Below are positions 37,958 through 48,310 of a stretch of DNA of 64,000 nucleotides, piece by piece. The stretch is from Abditibacterium sp. Its GTDB lineage: Bacteria > Armatimonadota > Abditibacteriia > Abditibacteriales > Abditibacteriaceae. The notes under the pieces were generated by a model that saw only the letters and a program-made list of their open reading frames with translations, had not been told where the DNA came from and did no database searches. Numbering within the stretch: the first letter of the stretch is position 1; the number at the start of each line of letters is the position of its first letter. The stretch spans positions 2,144,001 to 2,208,000 of the forward strand of contig CBDASK010000003.1 in NCBI GenBank assembly GCA_965199495.1, read 5' to 3'. Made by a program: the position numbers and the translations under genes.

Positions 37958-39148
37958 ATGTTATCGGAACGAATTAACCGCATTCAACCTTCGCCGACTT
38001 TAGCGGTTTCGGCCCGCGCCAAAGCGATGCGCGCGGCAGGAAAAGACGTTTTGTCGTTCGATGTCGGAGAACCCGATTTCGACACGCCCCAACACATCAA
38101 AGACGCGTGTATCGCGGCGCTGCAAAACGGCGATACCAAGTATACCGCCGCTCCCGGCACGCCCAAATTACGTCAGGCCATCGCTGACAAACTGGGGCGC
38201 GAAAACGGCTTGGAATACAGCTTCGATCAAATCGTGGTTTCGTGCGGCGGCAAGCATTCGCTGTTCAACATTTTTCAATCGGTGATTAATCCCGGCGACG
38301 AAGTTTTGATTCCGACGCCGTATTGGGTTTCGTATCCCGACCAAGTTTTGCTGGCGGGTGGCGTCCCGGTTTTTCTGCCAACGACGCAGGAAAGCGGCTT
38401 CAAAATCTCGCCCGCCCAATTGGAAGAATGTCTCCAAGAACATCCGGGCGCGCGCGCGTTCGTGATGAATTCGCCGTCGAATCCGAGCGGCGCGGTTTAT
38501 CCGCCCGACGAATTGAAAGCGCTGTGCGAAGTGTTGGACAAATATCCCGACGTTTTGGTGATAACCGACGAGATTTACGAACACATGGTTCACGCGCCCA
38601 ACACGCAATGGAGCATGGCGAAGTTTTCGCCCGAATTCCAAAAGCGTTGCGTCATTGTGCAGGGCGTTTCAAAAACGTATTCGATGACTGGCTGGCGCAT
38701 CGGCTGGACGGCTTCGACTGGGGAACTCGCCAAAGCGATGGGCAAACTGCAATCGCAAAGCACCTCGAACCCGACGAGTTTCGCGCAGGCGGGCGCCGTG
38801 GCTGCTCTTGAGGGGCCGCTACCGACCGAAATGCTGGAAACGTTTCATCGTCGTAGCGGCATTATGCGCGAACTGTTGAAAGATGTGCCCGGCTTTGAAG
38901 TACCCAAACCCGAAGGCGCGTTTTATCTGTTCCCCAAAGTTTCGGGCGTCTTCGGGAAAATGGTCGCCGGTGGGAAACAGATCAATTCGGCGCAGAATTT
39001 GACCGATTACCTGCTGGAAACGGCGGGCGTCGCGTGCGTGCCGGGCGAAGGTTTTGGCGCCCCCGAACACGTTCGATTTTCGTATGCGGCTTCGCTCGAA
39101 GACATCAAAGCGGGCGTCAATCGTATTTTGCAAGTGTTGCCGGAATAA
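37958..39148 (+). CDS. Aspartate aminotransferase-like class I PLP aminotransferase
   Basis: GEPDFDTP, PYWVSY, NSPSNPSGAVY, DEIYE, SKTYSMTGWRIG, P.GAFYLF. Confidence 0.93.
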   Translation: MLSERINRIQPSPTLAVSARAKAMRAAGKDVLSFDVGEPDFDTPQHIKDACIAALQNGDTKYTAAPGTPKLRQAIADKLGRENGLEYSFDQIVVSCGGKHSLFNIFQSVINPGDEVLIPTPYWVSYPDQVLLAGGVPVFLPTTQESGFKISPAQLEECLQEHPGARAFVMNSPSNPSGAVYPPDELKALCEVLDKYPDVLVITDEIYEHMVHAPNTQWSMAKFSPEFQKRCVIVQGVSKTYSMTGWRIGWTASTGELAKAMGKLQSQSTSNPTSFAQAGAVAALEGPLPTEMLETFHRRSGIMRELLKDVPGFEVPKPEGAFYLFPKVSGVFGKMVAGGKQINSAQNLTDYLLETAGVACVPGEGFGAPEHVRFSYAASLEDIKAGVNRILQVLPE

Positions 39149-39151
39149 CGA

Positions 39152-39255
39152 CAGGGACAAGTGGCAGGGAGCAAGGAACAAGGCAGAGATTTTACTTGGC
39201 CGGTTAATTTTAAATTCTCCTTTCCTTGTTGCTTGCCCCTTGTGCCTTGTTCCCT
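39152..39255. repeat. Inverted heptamer tandem arrays (same family as 19743-19873)
   Basis: GGGACAA-GTGGCAG-GGAGCAA-GGAACAA ... TTGCTTG-CCCCTTG-TGCCTTG-TTCCCT. Confidence 0.8.
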
Positions 39256-39276
39256 TAAAAAAAGGAAAAATTAAAA

Positions 39277-40410
39277 ATGAGCGATAAAAAACCGTCTGGA
39301 TTGGAAGATGTCGTCGTAGCGCAATCGTCAATTTGCTATATTGATGGCCAACGCGGGCAACTGGTGTATCGGGGCTACGATATTGACGATCTCGTCGAAA
39401 ACGCCTCGTTCGAGGAAGTCGCGTGGCTTTTGTGGCACGGCGATTTGCCCACACAAACCGAGTTGGACGGCCTCAAAACCGACCTCGCTCATTCGATGAT
39501 CTTGCCGCAGCATTTGCTCGATTTGCTGCACACCTTGCCGTTCGATGCCAACCCGATGCGCGTTTTGGCGATTGGCGCCGCCGCGATGGGCACGCTCGAT
39601 CCCGCCGCCGATGACATGAGCGGCCCAGCCAACAACGCCAAAGCCGTGCGATTGACCGCGCAGTTGCCGCTGATTATGAACGCGTGGCATCGCATCAGTT
39701 CGGACATGGAGCCAATTGCGCCCGACGTGACCAAATCGCTCGCCTACAACATGCTTTATTGCATGAACGGCGAAGTGCCCGATCCGTATGCTGTTGAGAC
39801 GATGGACGCCGCGCTGATTTTGCACGCCGACCACGAACTCAACGCCTCGACATTTTCGGCGCGCGTGACGGCAGCCACGTTGTCCGACTTGCATTCGGCA
39901 GTTGTCAGTGCGATTAACACGCTCAAAGGCCCGCTTCATGGCGGCGCCAACGAAGCTGTAATGAAAATGCTCGAAGAGATCGGCGAGGTCAGCCACGCCG
40001 CCGACTATGTCGAAAACGCGGTGGCGAACAAAAAGAAAATCATGGGATTTGGCCATCGCGTTTACAAGGCCAAAGACCCGCGCGCCGTGATTTTGGAGCG
40101 CATGAGCGAAGAGTTGGGCAAACGCGCGAACAACACCAAATGGTTCGAGATGACGCACGCCGTCGAAGAGGCGTTTCAGCCCAAAGTCGCCGCGAAACAG
40201 TTGTTTCCCAACGTGGACTTTTACAGCGCCTCGGCGTATCAGGTCATGGGCATTCCGCACAGTTTGTTCACGCCGATTTTCGCCTGCTCGCGCGTCGTCG
40301 GCTGGACGGCGCACTTGCTCGAACAATACGCCAACAATCGCTTGTTCCGTCCGTCGAGCGATTACATCGGCGCAACTGGACGCAAATACGCGCCGATTGG
40401 CGAGCGGTAG
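39277..40410 (+). CDS. gltA: Citrate synthase (short, CitZ/PrpC type)
   Basis: LVYRGY, ADHELNASTF, GPLHGGANE, MGFGHRVYK..DPR, PNVDFY. Confidence 0.93.
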   Translation: MSDKKPSGLEDVVVAQSSICYIDGQRGQLVYRGYDIDDLVENASFEEVAWLLWHGDLPTQTELDGLKTDLAHSMILPQHLLDLLHTLPFDANPMRVLAIGAAAMGTLDPAADDMSGPANNAKAVRLTAQLPLIMNAWHRISSDMEPIAPDVTKSLAYNMLYCMNGEVPDPYAVETMDAALILHADHELNASTFSARVTAATLSDLHSAVVSAINTLKGPLHGGANEAVMKMLEEIGEVSHAADYVENAVANKKKIMGFGHRVYKAKDPRAVILERMSEELGKRANNTKWFEMTHAVEEAFQPKVAAKQLFPNVDFYSASAYQVMGIPHSLFTPIFACSRVVGWTAHLLEQYANNRLFRPSSDYIGATGRKYAPIGER

Positions 40411-40413
40411 TCA

Positions 40414-40455
40414 AAGAGGCGAGAGAGACGACTTGTCTTTCTCGCCTCTTCTTTT
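40414..40455 (+). terminator. Intrinsic terminator after citrate synthase
   Basis: AAGAGGCGAGAGAGAC / GTCTTTCTCGCCTCTT hairpin followed by CTTTT. Confidence 0.7.
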
Positions 40456-40468
40456 ATCTTCAAATAAA

Positions 40469-40687
40469 ATGTCGTTATTCAAGAAAAAAGCGCCCGTCGA
40501 ACAGCGCCCCGATTTGGTGGCGCTCCGTCTGCGCGAAGCCGAACTCGTCGCGCAACAACGCGCGTTGGAATCCGAGTTTTTGGACACAGAAGATATTGAG
40601 CGCAGCAACGAAATCACGGCGGAAATCAACGATTTGAATGCGCGCATCGGCGTGTTGCGCGACAAAATCGGCGAGTTCCCGGTTTGA
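40469..40687 (+). CDS. Small helical-hairpin/coiled-coil hypothetical protein (72 aa)
   Basis: ATG after an A-rich leader; heptad-like pattern; host-like codon use. Confidence 0.6.
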   Translation: MSLFKKKAPVEQRPDLVALRLREAELVAQQRALESEFLDTEDIERSNEITAEINDLNARIGVLRDKIGEFPV

Positions 40688-40728
40688 ATTTGCGCGGGTT
40701 AAACTAAAGAATAGGAGGAATCATAATC

Positions 40729-41208
40729 ATGGCAACTTTAACCGCAGTTGATCCGCTTGTTGAAGAGTTGATGCGAACCGAAGGCAAAGCCGAAATTGTT
40801 GGCGGACGCGTCGTCCTATTGACGGATGAATATATTCCTCTGGGCGCGGTAACGAAATAGCAGGCAACGATAATAATTGGGAATTCGCTTTCTGCTCATC
40901 GAACAAGCAACACAGACGGAGACGAAACCCCGTCGCCAGTTTTGGCCGTCGAAGTGCGCTCCGAGAACGATTATGGGCGCCGCGCCGAAGCCGCGATTAC
41001 TCAGAAAATCGCGGATTATTTCGCGGCGGGCACCCTCGTCGTGTGGGACGTTGATTTGCGCAACGACGAAACCATCGCCAAGTTCACCGCGCCCGATGCG
41101 GATAATCCGCAAATCTTTCGGCGCGGCGACGTGGCTAATGCGGGCGACGCCGTGCCCGGCTGGACGTTTGAAGTGAACGCGCTGTTTCCCGCGACGCGCG
41201 CCAATTAA
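40729..41208 (+). pseudogene. Uma2 (DUF820) family endonuclease remnant
   Basis: RBS AGGAGG; N-terminal KAEIVGGRVV and C-terminal LAVEVRS...KIADYFAAGTLVVWDVD...VPGW are in the same frame, separated by TAG at 40858-40860 and a degenerate, shortened middle. Confidence 0.8.
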
Positions 41209-41221
41209 AATTGGGTTTTCC

Positions 41222-41255
41222 AAAAATCGCTCGTGCTTTGCGTGGGCGATTTTTT
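41222..41255 (+). terminator. Intrinsic terminator
   Basis: AAAAATCGCTCG..GGGCGATTTTTT hairpin. Confidence 0.6.
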
Positions 41256-41309
41256 CACGTTTGTCGTGCGGTATTCAAGGCACGCGAGTTGCGAAACCGA
41301 ACCGCAAAT

Positions 41310-42590
41310 ATGGCCATTCTCGAAAAAGACAACACCGCGCGCCCTCATGTCGTCATTATTGGCGGCGGATTCGGCGGACTTTACGCGGCGCGCACGCTCG
41401 CCAAACATCCGGTTGACATCACGATTATTGATCGCGACAATTATCATCTGTTTCAGCCGCTTTTGTATCAAGTTGCGACTGCCGCGCTTTCGACGGGCGA
41501 CATCGCGTCGCCGATTCGCTCGATTCTGCGCAAGTTCAAAAACGTGCGCTGCATCATGGCCGAAGTCACCGACATTGACCTCGACGGCAACCGCATCATG
41601 ACGCGCGATGGCGATTATCATTACGATTATCTCATCAACGCGGCGGGCGCGACCAAAACTTATTTTGGCCACGACGAATGGGAAAAATATGCGCCCAGCC
41701 TCAAAACGATGTCGGACGCGCTGGAAATTCGGCGGCGGATTTTCTGCGCCTACGAAACCGCCGAGCGTTTGCCCGAAGAATCGGACGAGCGCGATGCGTA
41801 TCTCACCTTCATTTGTATCGGCGGCGGCCCGACCGGCGTGGAGATGGCCGGTTCGATTGTCGAGGTTGCCACGCAAACTTTGAAGGCGGATTTTCGTTCG
41901 ATTGACCCGCGCAAAACGCGGGTGATTTTGCTGCAATCGGGCGACCGCATTTTGCCGGAATATCCCAAAGATTTGTGCGATAGCGCGCGGCGACAGTTGT
42001 TGGAATTGGGTGTCGAAGTGCGCACTCATTCGCGCGTGACTGACATCACCAAAGACGGCGTTTACTGCGGCGAAACCTTTATTCCGTGCAAAACCGTGGT
42101 GTGGACGGCGGGCGTGGCGGCCTCACCCATCGGCGCCAAAATGGGCGCCCCAACCGACAAAGGCGGACGCGTCGTCGTCAACGCCGATATGAGCGTGCCC
42201 GGCCATCCCAATGCCTTTGTTATCGGCGATTTGGCCAGTTTCAACCACGGGCCAAAAGGACAATTACCCGGCATCGCGCCCGTCGCGATTCAGATGGGCG
42301 TCGCCGTGGCTCGTAACATCGTCGCCGAAGTTGACGGCCAGCCAATGAAAGATTTCGACTATTTCGACAAAGGCCAAATCGCGACCATCGGGCGCAACTC
42401 GGCGGTCGGCCTGCTGTTTGGCGTTCACGCCAAAGGCTTCATTGCGTGGCTGATGTGGCTGTTGATTCACATCTACTTTCTCGTTGGCTTCGAGAACCGA
42501 GCCTTCGTGATGTTCAACTGGATTTACTCGTATTTGTCGTATAACCGCTCGGCGCGCTTGATTACCGATGTCGGGCATCCGAGCGATTGA
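41310..42590 (+). CDS. ndh: Type II NADH dehydrogenase
   Basis: IIGGGFGG, FQPLLYQVAT, IGGGPTGVEMAG, VWTAGV, FVIGD, Y.DKG.IATIGR. Confidence 0.93.
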   Translation: MAILEKDNTARPHVVIIGGGFGGLYAARTLAKHPVDITIIDRDNYHLFQPLLYQVATAALSTGDIASPIRSILRKFKNVRCIMAEVTDIDLDGNRIMTRDGDYHYDYLINAAGATKTYFGHDEWEKYAPSLKTMSDALEIRRRIFCAYETAERLPEESDERDAYLTFICIGGGPTGVEMAGSIVEVATQTLKADFRSIDPRKTRVILLQSGDRILPEYPKDLCDSARRQLLELGVEVRTHSRVTDITKDGVYCGETFIPCKTVVWTAGVAASPIGAKMGAPTDKGGRVVVNADMSVPGHPNAFVIGDLASFNHGPKGQLPGIAPVAIQMGVAVARNIVAEVDGQPMKDFDYFDKGQIATIGRNSAVGLLFGVHAKGFIAWLMWLLIHIYFLVGFENRAFVMFNWIYSYLSYNRSARLITDVGHPSD

Positions 42591-42598
42591 GAATTATA

Positions 42599-42642
42599 AA
42601 AACAGAAGCGCGGCCAACAATCGCTGGCCGCGCTTCTGTTTT
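42599..42642. terminator. Bidirectional intrinsic terminator
   Basis: AAAACAGAAGCGCGGCCA / TGGCCGCGCTTCTGTTTT between convergent genes. Confidence 0.82.
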
Positions 42643-42645
42643 GCT

Positions 42646-43095
42646 TTAGCGCAAATCGCTCGGTTTCAATCCCAAAACATTGAGCGGCACGTCGGGATGT
42701 TTGTGTGCCCAGTCTATTTCGATGACATCGCCATGATAAGCCCATTCGACGACGTGCCATTTGCCGTTGACCAAATGCAACAGCGCCGAAAAATCCAGCT
42801 GCATTTCGGTTTCCATCGGGCGACCTTTGGAATCCACTACTTCACAGCTTAAATGCGCCCAACCGCCGCCCACGCGAAAATCGCGAACATCGGTGAAAGT
42901 CGGGCGCCTGCCGTGATACGATTTTTGCACCGGCACGCGCAAAGCGTTCATAATCGCGCTGCGTTCGACGCTCCCCGGCTTAGGCGTATGAACCGCGACA
43001 TTCGCGGGCCGCGCATAGGCAATTTGCGCCGTAAAAAGCGCAGGCGCCGATGCAGCCACGCCCAACAAAACCAGCGAAAGTTTGAGTTGTTTCAT
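42646..43095 (-). CDS. Secreted hypothetical protein
   Basis: Signal peptide; P.PGS.ER.AIM.ALR, ALL....GKW.V motifs. Confidence 0.72.
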   Translation of the reverse strand: MKQLKLSLVLLGVAASAPALFTAQIAYARPANVAVHTPKPGSVERSAIMNALRVPVQKSYHGRRPTFTDVRDFRVGGGWAHLSCEVVDSKGRPMETEMQLDFSALLHLVNGKWHVVEWAYHGDVIEIDWAHKHPDVPLNVLGLKPSDLR

Positions 43096-43148
43096 GATGC
43101 TTCCTCCGCAAAAGTAACGCTTATTTCGTCCGAGAGTTCAACGGCAAT

Positions 43149-43543
43149 TCATTTCGGCAAGGCCGAATTTGATTCTACGCGGCGCCGTTTTATCAACATT
43201 CGTCGCGCCCAGCGCACAATTTCGTAAATCAGCGCGAAGAGCGCGTAATAAATCAAGGCATAGAAGCCGCCGAATAAAACGCCGAACACGCGCGCCGCGC
43301 CGTCCGATGTGCAGTTTTCGATAATGTTTTGCGGCGCGTTATCGCCGTAAGCGTTCATCGTTTCGCACGCGTCTTCAAACGAGAAATAGATGGCGATGTT
43401 GACCAAAATATAACCCAGAAAAGCGACAATCCCAAAAGCCAAAATCCCCGTGAACCAGCGCGGCCCGAAAGCGCGCAATAGCAACATCGCAAGGGGCAAA
43501 AACCCAGCGCGGTGAGCGCGGCGGCGAAATAAATTTGTGTCAT
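43149..43543 (-). pseudogene. Small membrane protein with a frameshift in an A5/T5 run (43498-43502)
   Basis: ATG at 43543 gives MTQIYFAAALTALGF, which joins LPLAMLLLRAFG... (ORF 43149..43646) if one T is added. Confidence 0.6.
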
Positions 43544-43642
43544 GTTCGCGCGCAGTGTGCAGCCACGGCGCGCGCTCATCCAACACTTGAGTGCGCGAAT
43601 AACGGCACGCGCTATCGAATTGACATGGTTTACTCGAAAAAA

Positions 43643-44273
43643 TCACAACGCGCGCAATCGAACGATTTCGACCTGAATTTGCGCCACAACTTCGGCGTTA
43701 GCGATAGTTTTCTGCGCGCCTTCTTTGACCGAGACAACGGAAAACCGCGCCCCCAAACTTTTTCTCGAACTTCGCGTGTGACGTGGCTTGCACATCGCGC
43801 CATTTGTAAAACTCGCTGGCGTTATAAAACGACATCGGCTTAATCTGCAAACCGATGAAAAATTCGCCGACTGGAATCGCGAAATCCACGTTATAACGCC
43901 TGTCCCACAAGTCGGGCGCAACTTCGATTGGCGCATCCAACAGCTTTTGCAGTTGGCTATAAATTGTAGTTTTCTCCGTCAGGTATCCGGCGAAAGTGCG
44001 ATCAATTACGAGGTTGCGAATGTAATTGATGCAATCATCTTCGGTGATGGATTCGACTTCGGTTTGCACCACCTCGGTGACTTTCATATAAAGTTTTTTG
44101 CCCAGTTCTTCCAGGTGTTCGGGTGGATAAACCGAGGCGAAGTAATAGTTTTGCCAATCTTCCAAAGTTTGCGGCTCGCACTTGCGAATCTCTTCCGCCA
44201 CGGCGCCTACGCTGCGTTTGAAGTTGAACTGAAACCGCCTGGTCGCGGCGTTGAGAATCCATTCTTTAGACAT
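43643..44273 (-). pseudogene. MjaI-family type II restriction endonuclease, frameshifted about 30 codons from its C-terminus
   Basis: MSKEWILN.A..R..., VG.V.E.IRKC.P....W..YY, D....VDF.I.V....IGLQIKP; C-terminal SVKEG..K.I.N.EVV..I..EI.RL lies in another frame (ORF 43643..43936); shift near 43737-43745. Confidence 0.8.
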
Positions 44274-45543
44274 GATTTGACTCCTGTTGATAAGTGCAAA
44301 AGCGCTTCAAATGACGATGCTCGATTGTTTCATCTACTTTACATAATCCCTGTTTAATTAGTTTCGCATTGATAAAAGTTTTGTTCGCCAGATAAACGTA
44401 GGCTCCCGTTGTTGTCTGAGAATCGAATTTGAGAAAAATGGGATTGCCCAAAACCATTTTTTCCAGATAATCGAGCGCCTCGTCTGCTTTGGTTTCGAGC
44501 GGTTCAATACCCAACAATTGAATTTCGCTGCCGTCGATGAGGCGCAGACGATTGGGCGACAAAATTTGGCGCACTCGCACGCCTTTGGGGTTCTTCTCGT
44601 CCTCGGCTTCGACGATGGATCCAAAGCGGTTAATCTTGGAATCGGCGACGCGCTGCAAAGAGTTGGAGTTTTCCGCGATTATAGAATTATCTGTCGAGTT
44701 AGAAAACGCAAATTCGGAGGTCATGAATTCGACTTCCTGTTCGGCGAATAAAACTGGTTCGTCAATGCCCAGACGTTTGCGAATCGCGGGTTCAAATGCC
44801 GGGTTGATCTCGTAACCGATGCCGGTGCGGCTCAAATCCATCGCGGCTCTGATTGTCGTGCCGCTTCCGGCGAACGGGTCTAAGACGGTTTCTCCGGCGA
44901 ACGAGAACATTTTTATCAAACGGCGCGGAAGTTCGTGGGGGAACATGGCGATATGGCCGTCGCCTTGTTTTTCTCCAACGAAATTCCAGTGTCCGCTAAA
45001 ATATTGATTCCATTCTTCGGTTGTCATGGCGCTTTGAACTTTTTGTTCGGGCGTGACTTTCGGTTGTTTGCCCAACTTTTTGAAGAGCAAAATGAACTCG
45101 TAATCAATCTTCAATATGCCGTTGCGCGGATGAGGAAACGAACCCATGACCGCGCCGCCGCCCGACGTGTTCATCGTCGTGGCTTTTTGCCAAATGACGG
45201 CGCCCATATAATCGAAACCGATTTGCTCGCAACCATTGACGATGCGCTCGCGAATCGGAATGACTTTATATCGCCCATAATGCGCCGCGCGCGCGAACTG
45301 ATCGCCGATGTTCACGCACAAACGACAGCCTGGACTCAAAACGCGATAACACTCGGCCCAAACCTGATTCAAGTTAGTGATGTATTCTTCATAGGAATCG
45401 TGAAAACCGATCTGCTCGGCGGTGCCGTAATCTTTGAGTTGCCAGTAAGGCGGCGAAGTCACGACCAATTGCACGCCGCCGGGCGCGAGTTCGCCCATTT
45501 GTCGCGCGTCGCCAAAAATAATGCGATGTTTGGATGCGTTCAT
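44266..45543 (-). CDS. Beta-class amino (N4-C/N6-A) DNA methyltransferase with C-terminal thermonuclease(SNase)-like domain
   Basis: VTSPPY, NIGD, H.AMFP.ELP.RLI.MFS..GETVLDPFAGSGTT; C-terminal V..IL.P..L.L.DG..I.LLGI...AYVYL....FINA.LIK.GL. Confidence 0.9.
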   Translation of the reverse strand: MNASKHRIIFGDARQMGELAPGGVQLVVTSPPYWQLKDYGTAEQIGFHDSYEEYITNLNQVWAECYRVLSPGCRLCVNIGDQFARAAHYGRYKVIPIRERIVNGCEQIGFDYMGAVIWQKATTMNTSGGGAVMGSFPHPRNGILKIDYEFILLFKKLGKQPKVTPEQKVQSAMTTEEWNQYFSGHWNFVGEKQGDGHIAMFPHELPRRLIKMFSFAGETVLDPFAGSGTTIRAAMDLSRTGIGYEINPAFEPAIRKRLGIDEPVLFAEQEVEFMTSEFAFSNSTDNSIIAENSNSLQRVADSKINRFGSIVEAEDEKNPKGVRVRQILSPNRLRLIDGSEIQLLGIEPLETKADEALDYLEKMVLGNPIFLKFDSQTTTGAYVYLANKTFINAKLIKQGLCKVDETIEHRHLKRFCTYQQESNHV

Positions 45544-45548
45544 GAAAA

Positions 45549-48266
45549 TTACCCGCGCGCCAGCTTCTGCAACTGCTCCAACTTAATCATCGCTTGAACT
45601 GGCGTCATTTCCGAGATTTCGAGCGACTTTAATTCGGCCACAACCGGGTTTTCGGGCGCGGGTTCGCTAAACAAATCGCCGTTAACCGGCGCGCGCGGGG
45701 CTTCGACGTGGCTGGTGTCGGGCGACTGGCCGCGCAGCTTTTCTTGCGAGAAACTTTCGAGCAATTCGCGCGCGCGACTGACGACCGACGCGGGCAAACC
45801 GGCCAATCGTGCGACTTGAATTCCGAAACTGCGGTCGGTGCCGCCGCGAATGATGCGGCGCAAAAAGATGATGTGATCGCCGTCTTCTTTGACGGCGATG
45901 CGATAGTTTTTGACGCGCGGCAAGCGTTCTTCGAGTTCGTTGAGATGATGATAATGCGTGGCGAACAGAGTTTTTGGCCCCAATTCGTGCAGAAATTCGG
46001 CGACGGCCCACGCGATGGACAAGCCGTCGTAAGTCGAAGTGCCGCGCCCAACTTCGTCCAAAATCACCAGACTGCGCGGCGTGGCGTTGTTGAGAATGTT
46101 GGCGGTTTCGTTCATCTCGACGGTGAAAGTCGATTGGCCGGTCGCCAAGTCGTCTTGCGCGCCGACGCGCGTAAAGATGCGATCAACGAGTCCGATTTTG
46201 GCTTCCCGCGCGGGCACGAAACTGCCGATTTGCGCCATCAACGTAATCAACGCGACCTGGCGCAAAAACGTGGATTTGCCCGACGCGTTGGGGCCGGTGA
46301 TGATGATTTCTTGCTGCGATTCGCAGTCTAAAACCGCGTCGTTGGGCACGAACGGTTCGGTCGTGTGCGCCTCGACAATCGGATGGCGACCAGAGCGAAT
46401 ATCCAAAATCGGCTCTTCTTCGATAATCGGGCGCACGTAATCGCGGCGCGAGGCAACTTCGGAAAGCGAGGCGTAAACGTCCAAATGCGCCAGAGCGCGC
46501 GCGGTATCGAGTAAAGCGCTCGAATGGCCGACGACTTGATTGCGCACGTTCTCGAATAAGCGCCGCTCCAAATCTTTGATTTTGTCTTCGGCGCCTAAAA
46601 TCAGTTCCTCTTTTTCCTTGAGTTCGCTCGTGTAAAATCGCTCGCCGTTGGCGGTCGTTTGCTTGCGCGTATATTCGGGCGGGACTTTCGACAAGTTGAT
46701 TTTGGTGACTTCGATAAAGTAACCGAAAACGTTGTTGAAACTGACTTTCAAACTGGAAATGCCGGTTCTGGCGCGCTCGGTTTCTTCCAAAGCCGCCATC
46801 CAGTTTTTGCCTTCGCGCGACGCGACGCGTAACTCGTCCAAACCTGCGTCGTAGCCCGCTTTGATTAATCCGCCGTCGGTCAAAATCGCAGGCGGATCGT
46901 CGGCCAAAGCGCGTTCGAGCAATTCCAATAAGTCGGGCGCCGGGTCGAGATGTTGGTCTACATTGACGAGGGCGCCCGCTTTGGCTTCGGTTAAGGCGAC
47001 TTTGAGCGCGGGCAAAGTCAGCAAGGCGTCTTTGAGCGAAACCAGATCGCGCGCGTTGCCGGTTCCCGAAACGCAGCGCGCCACCAACCGTTCGATGTCG
47101 CCGACGCTTTTGAGCAAACCCCGGCAATCGCGGCGCAAAAGCAAGTTGTCGCGCAGTTCAGCCACGGCGTCGAGGCGGCGCTCGATGCGTTCTTTGGACA
47201 AGAGTGGTTGCAGAATCCATTTGCGCAGTAATCTGGCTCCGGCGCCCGTCCGCGTTTCATCGAGTAGTTCGAGCAAAGTGCCTTTGGATGAGCCGTCGCG
47301 CATAGATTGCGCGAGTTCCAAATTGCGCCGTGTCGCGTTGTCCAAAATCATCCAGCCATCGGTCGCCAAAAGCGTGATGCGGCGAATGTGGCCCAATGCC
47401 GACAAATGCGATTCTTTGAGATAATCGAGCGCCAACGACGCGGCTTCTTGCGCCAAATGTTGTTCTTCGATGCCGAACCCTCGTAGCGACATCGTTTTGA
47501 AATGGCGCAGTAATTTATCGTGTGGCGCGTCAAATCCGGTAGCGTCGAACGCCGTTGTGCGCAGATGCAAATTCTCCAGCATTTCCATGAAACCGGGACA
47601 TTCGCGCAACTTTTGCGGCACCAGAACTTCCGAGGGCGTGAAGCGCAACAGTTCCTCGCGCAACTTGGAAAAACGCGCCGAGCTTTCGGCGTTTTCGGGC
47701 GTGACATCGGTGCCGCTCACTGCTTCGTCGTCGGTTTCGCACGGTTCATCGGTTCCGGCGACGCCTTCGATTTCGCCGGACAAAAATTCGCCGGTCGAAA
47801 CATCAATCAGAGCCAAACCAAAGCGCGTCATTTTGGCGTTGCAGCCCAGCGCCGCCAGATAGTTGTTGCCCGTGGCTGCTCCGACGCCGGTTAAAAACGC
47901 GTCTTCCATGACGGTGCCCGGCGACAAAACGCGCACGACTTCGCGCTTGACCAGACCGCGCGCATATTTGGCGTCTTCCATCTGCTCGCACACAGCCACG
48001 CGGAAGCCGCGCGAAAGCAAAGTCGCGAGATGACGTTCGACGGCGTGGTATGGCACGCCGCAGAGTGGAATTGGGATTTGTCCCTCTTTTTTGCCGCGTG
48101 CTGTGAGAGTGAGGCCGCATTCTTTGGAGACGATTTCGGCATCGTCGTTGAATAGCTCATAAAAATCGCCCATGCGGAATAATAAAAGCGTGTCGGGATA
48201 TTGAGATTTGGTGCGTTCCCATTGGCGCATAGATGGCGTGAGTTTGTCTTTGGTTTCGACGGGCAT
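45549..48266 (-). CDS. mutS: DNA mismatch repair protein MutS
   Basis: FRMGDFYELF..DA, GVPYH, ITGPN.SGKST.LRQ, STFTVEM.E, LDEVGRGTST, FATHY, DRSFGIQVARLAG. Confidence 0.98.
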   Translation of the reverse strand: MPVETKDKLTPSMRQWERTKSQYPDTLLLFRMGDFYELFNDDAEIVSKECGLTLTARGKKEGQIPIPLCGVPYHAVERHLATLLSRGFRVAVCEQMEDAKYARGLVKREVVRVLSPGTVMEDAFLTGVGAATGNNYLAALGCNAKMTRFGLALIDVSTGEFLSGEIEGVAGTDEPCETDDEAVSGTDVTPENAESSARFSKLREELLRFTPSEVLVPQKLRECPGFMEMLENLHLRTTAFDATGFDAPHDKLLRHFKTMSLRGFGIEEQHLAQEAASLALDYLKESHLSALGHIRRITLLATDGWMILDNATRRNLELAQSMRDGSSKGTLLELLDETRTGAGARLLRKWILQPLLSKERIERRLDAVAELRDNLLLRRDCRGLLKSVGDIERLVARCVSGTGNARDLVSLKDALLTLPALKVALTEAKAGALVNVDQHLDPAPDLLELLERALADDPPAILTDGGLIKAGYDAGLDELRVASREGKNWMAALEETERARTGISSLKVSFNNVFGYFIEVTKINLSKVPPEYTRKQTTANGERFYTSELKEKEELILGAEDKIKDLERRLFENVRNQVVGHSSALLDTARALAHLDVYASLSEVASRRDYVRPIIEEEPILDIRSGRHPIVEAHTTEPFVPNDAVLDCESQQEIIITGPNASGKSTFLRQVALITLMAQIGSFVPAREAKIGLVDRIFTRVGAQDDLATGQSTFTVEMNETANILNNATPRSLVILDEVGRGTSTYDGLSIAWAVAEFLHELGPKTLFATHYHHLNELEERLPRVKNYRIAVKEDGDHIIFLRRIIRGGTDRSFGIQVARLAGLPASVVSRARELLESFSQEKLRGQSPDTSHVEAPRAPVNGDLFSEPAPENPVVAELKSLEISEMTPVQAMIKLEQLQKLARG

Positions 48267-48310
48267 AATTGTGGGGTTGAGTTTAGCGCGCGTAGGTTTT
48301 GCCTGTGTTC

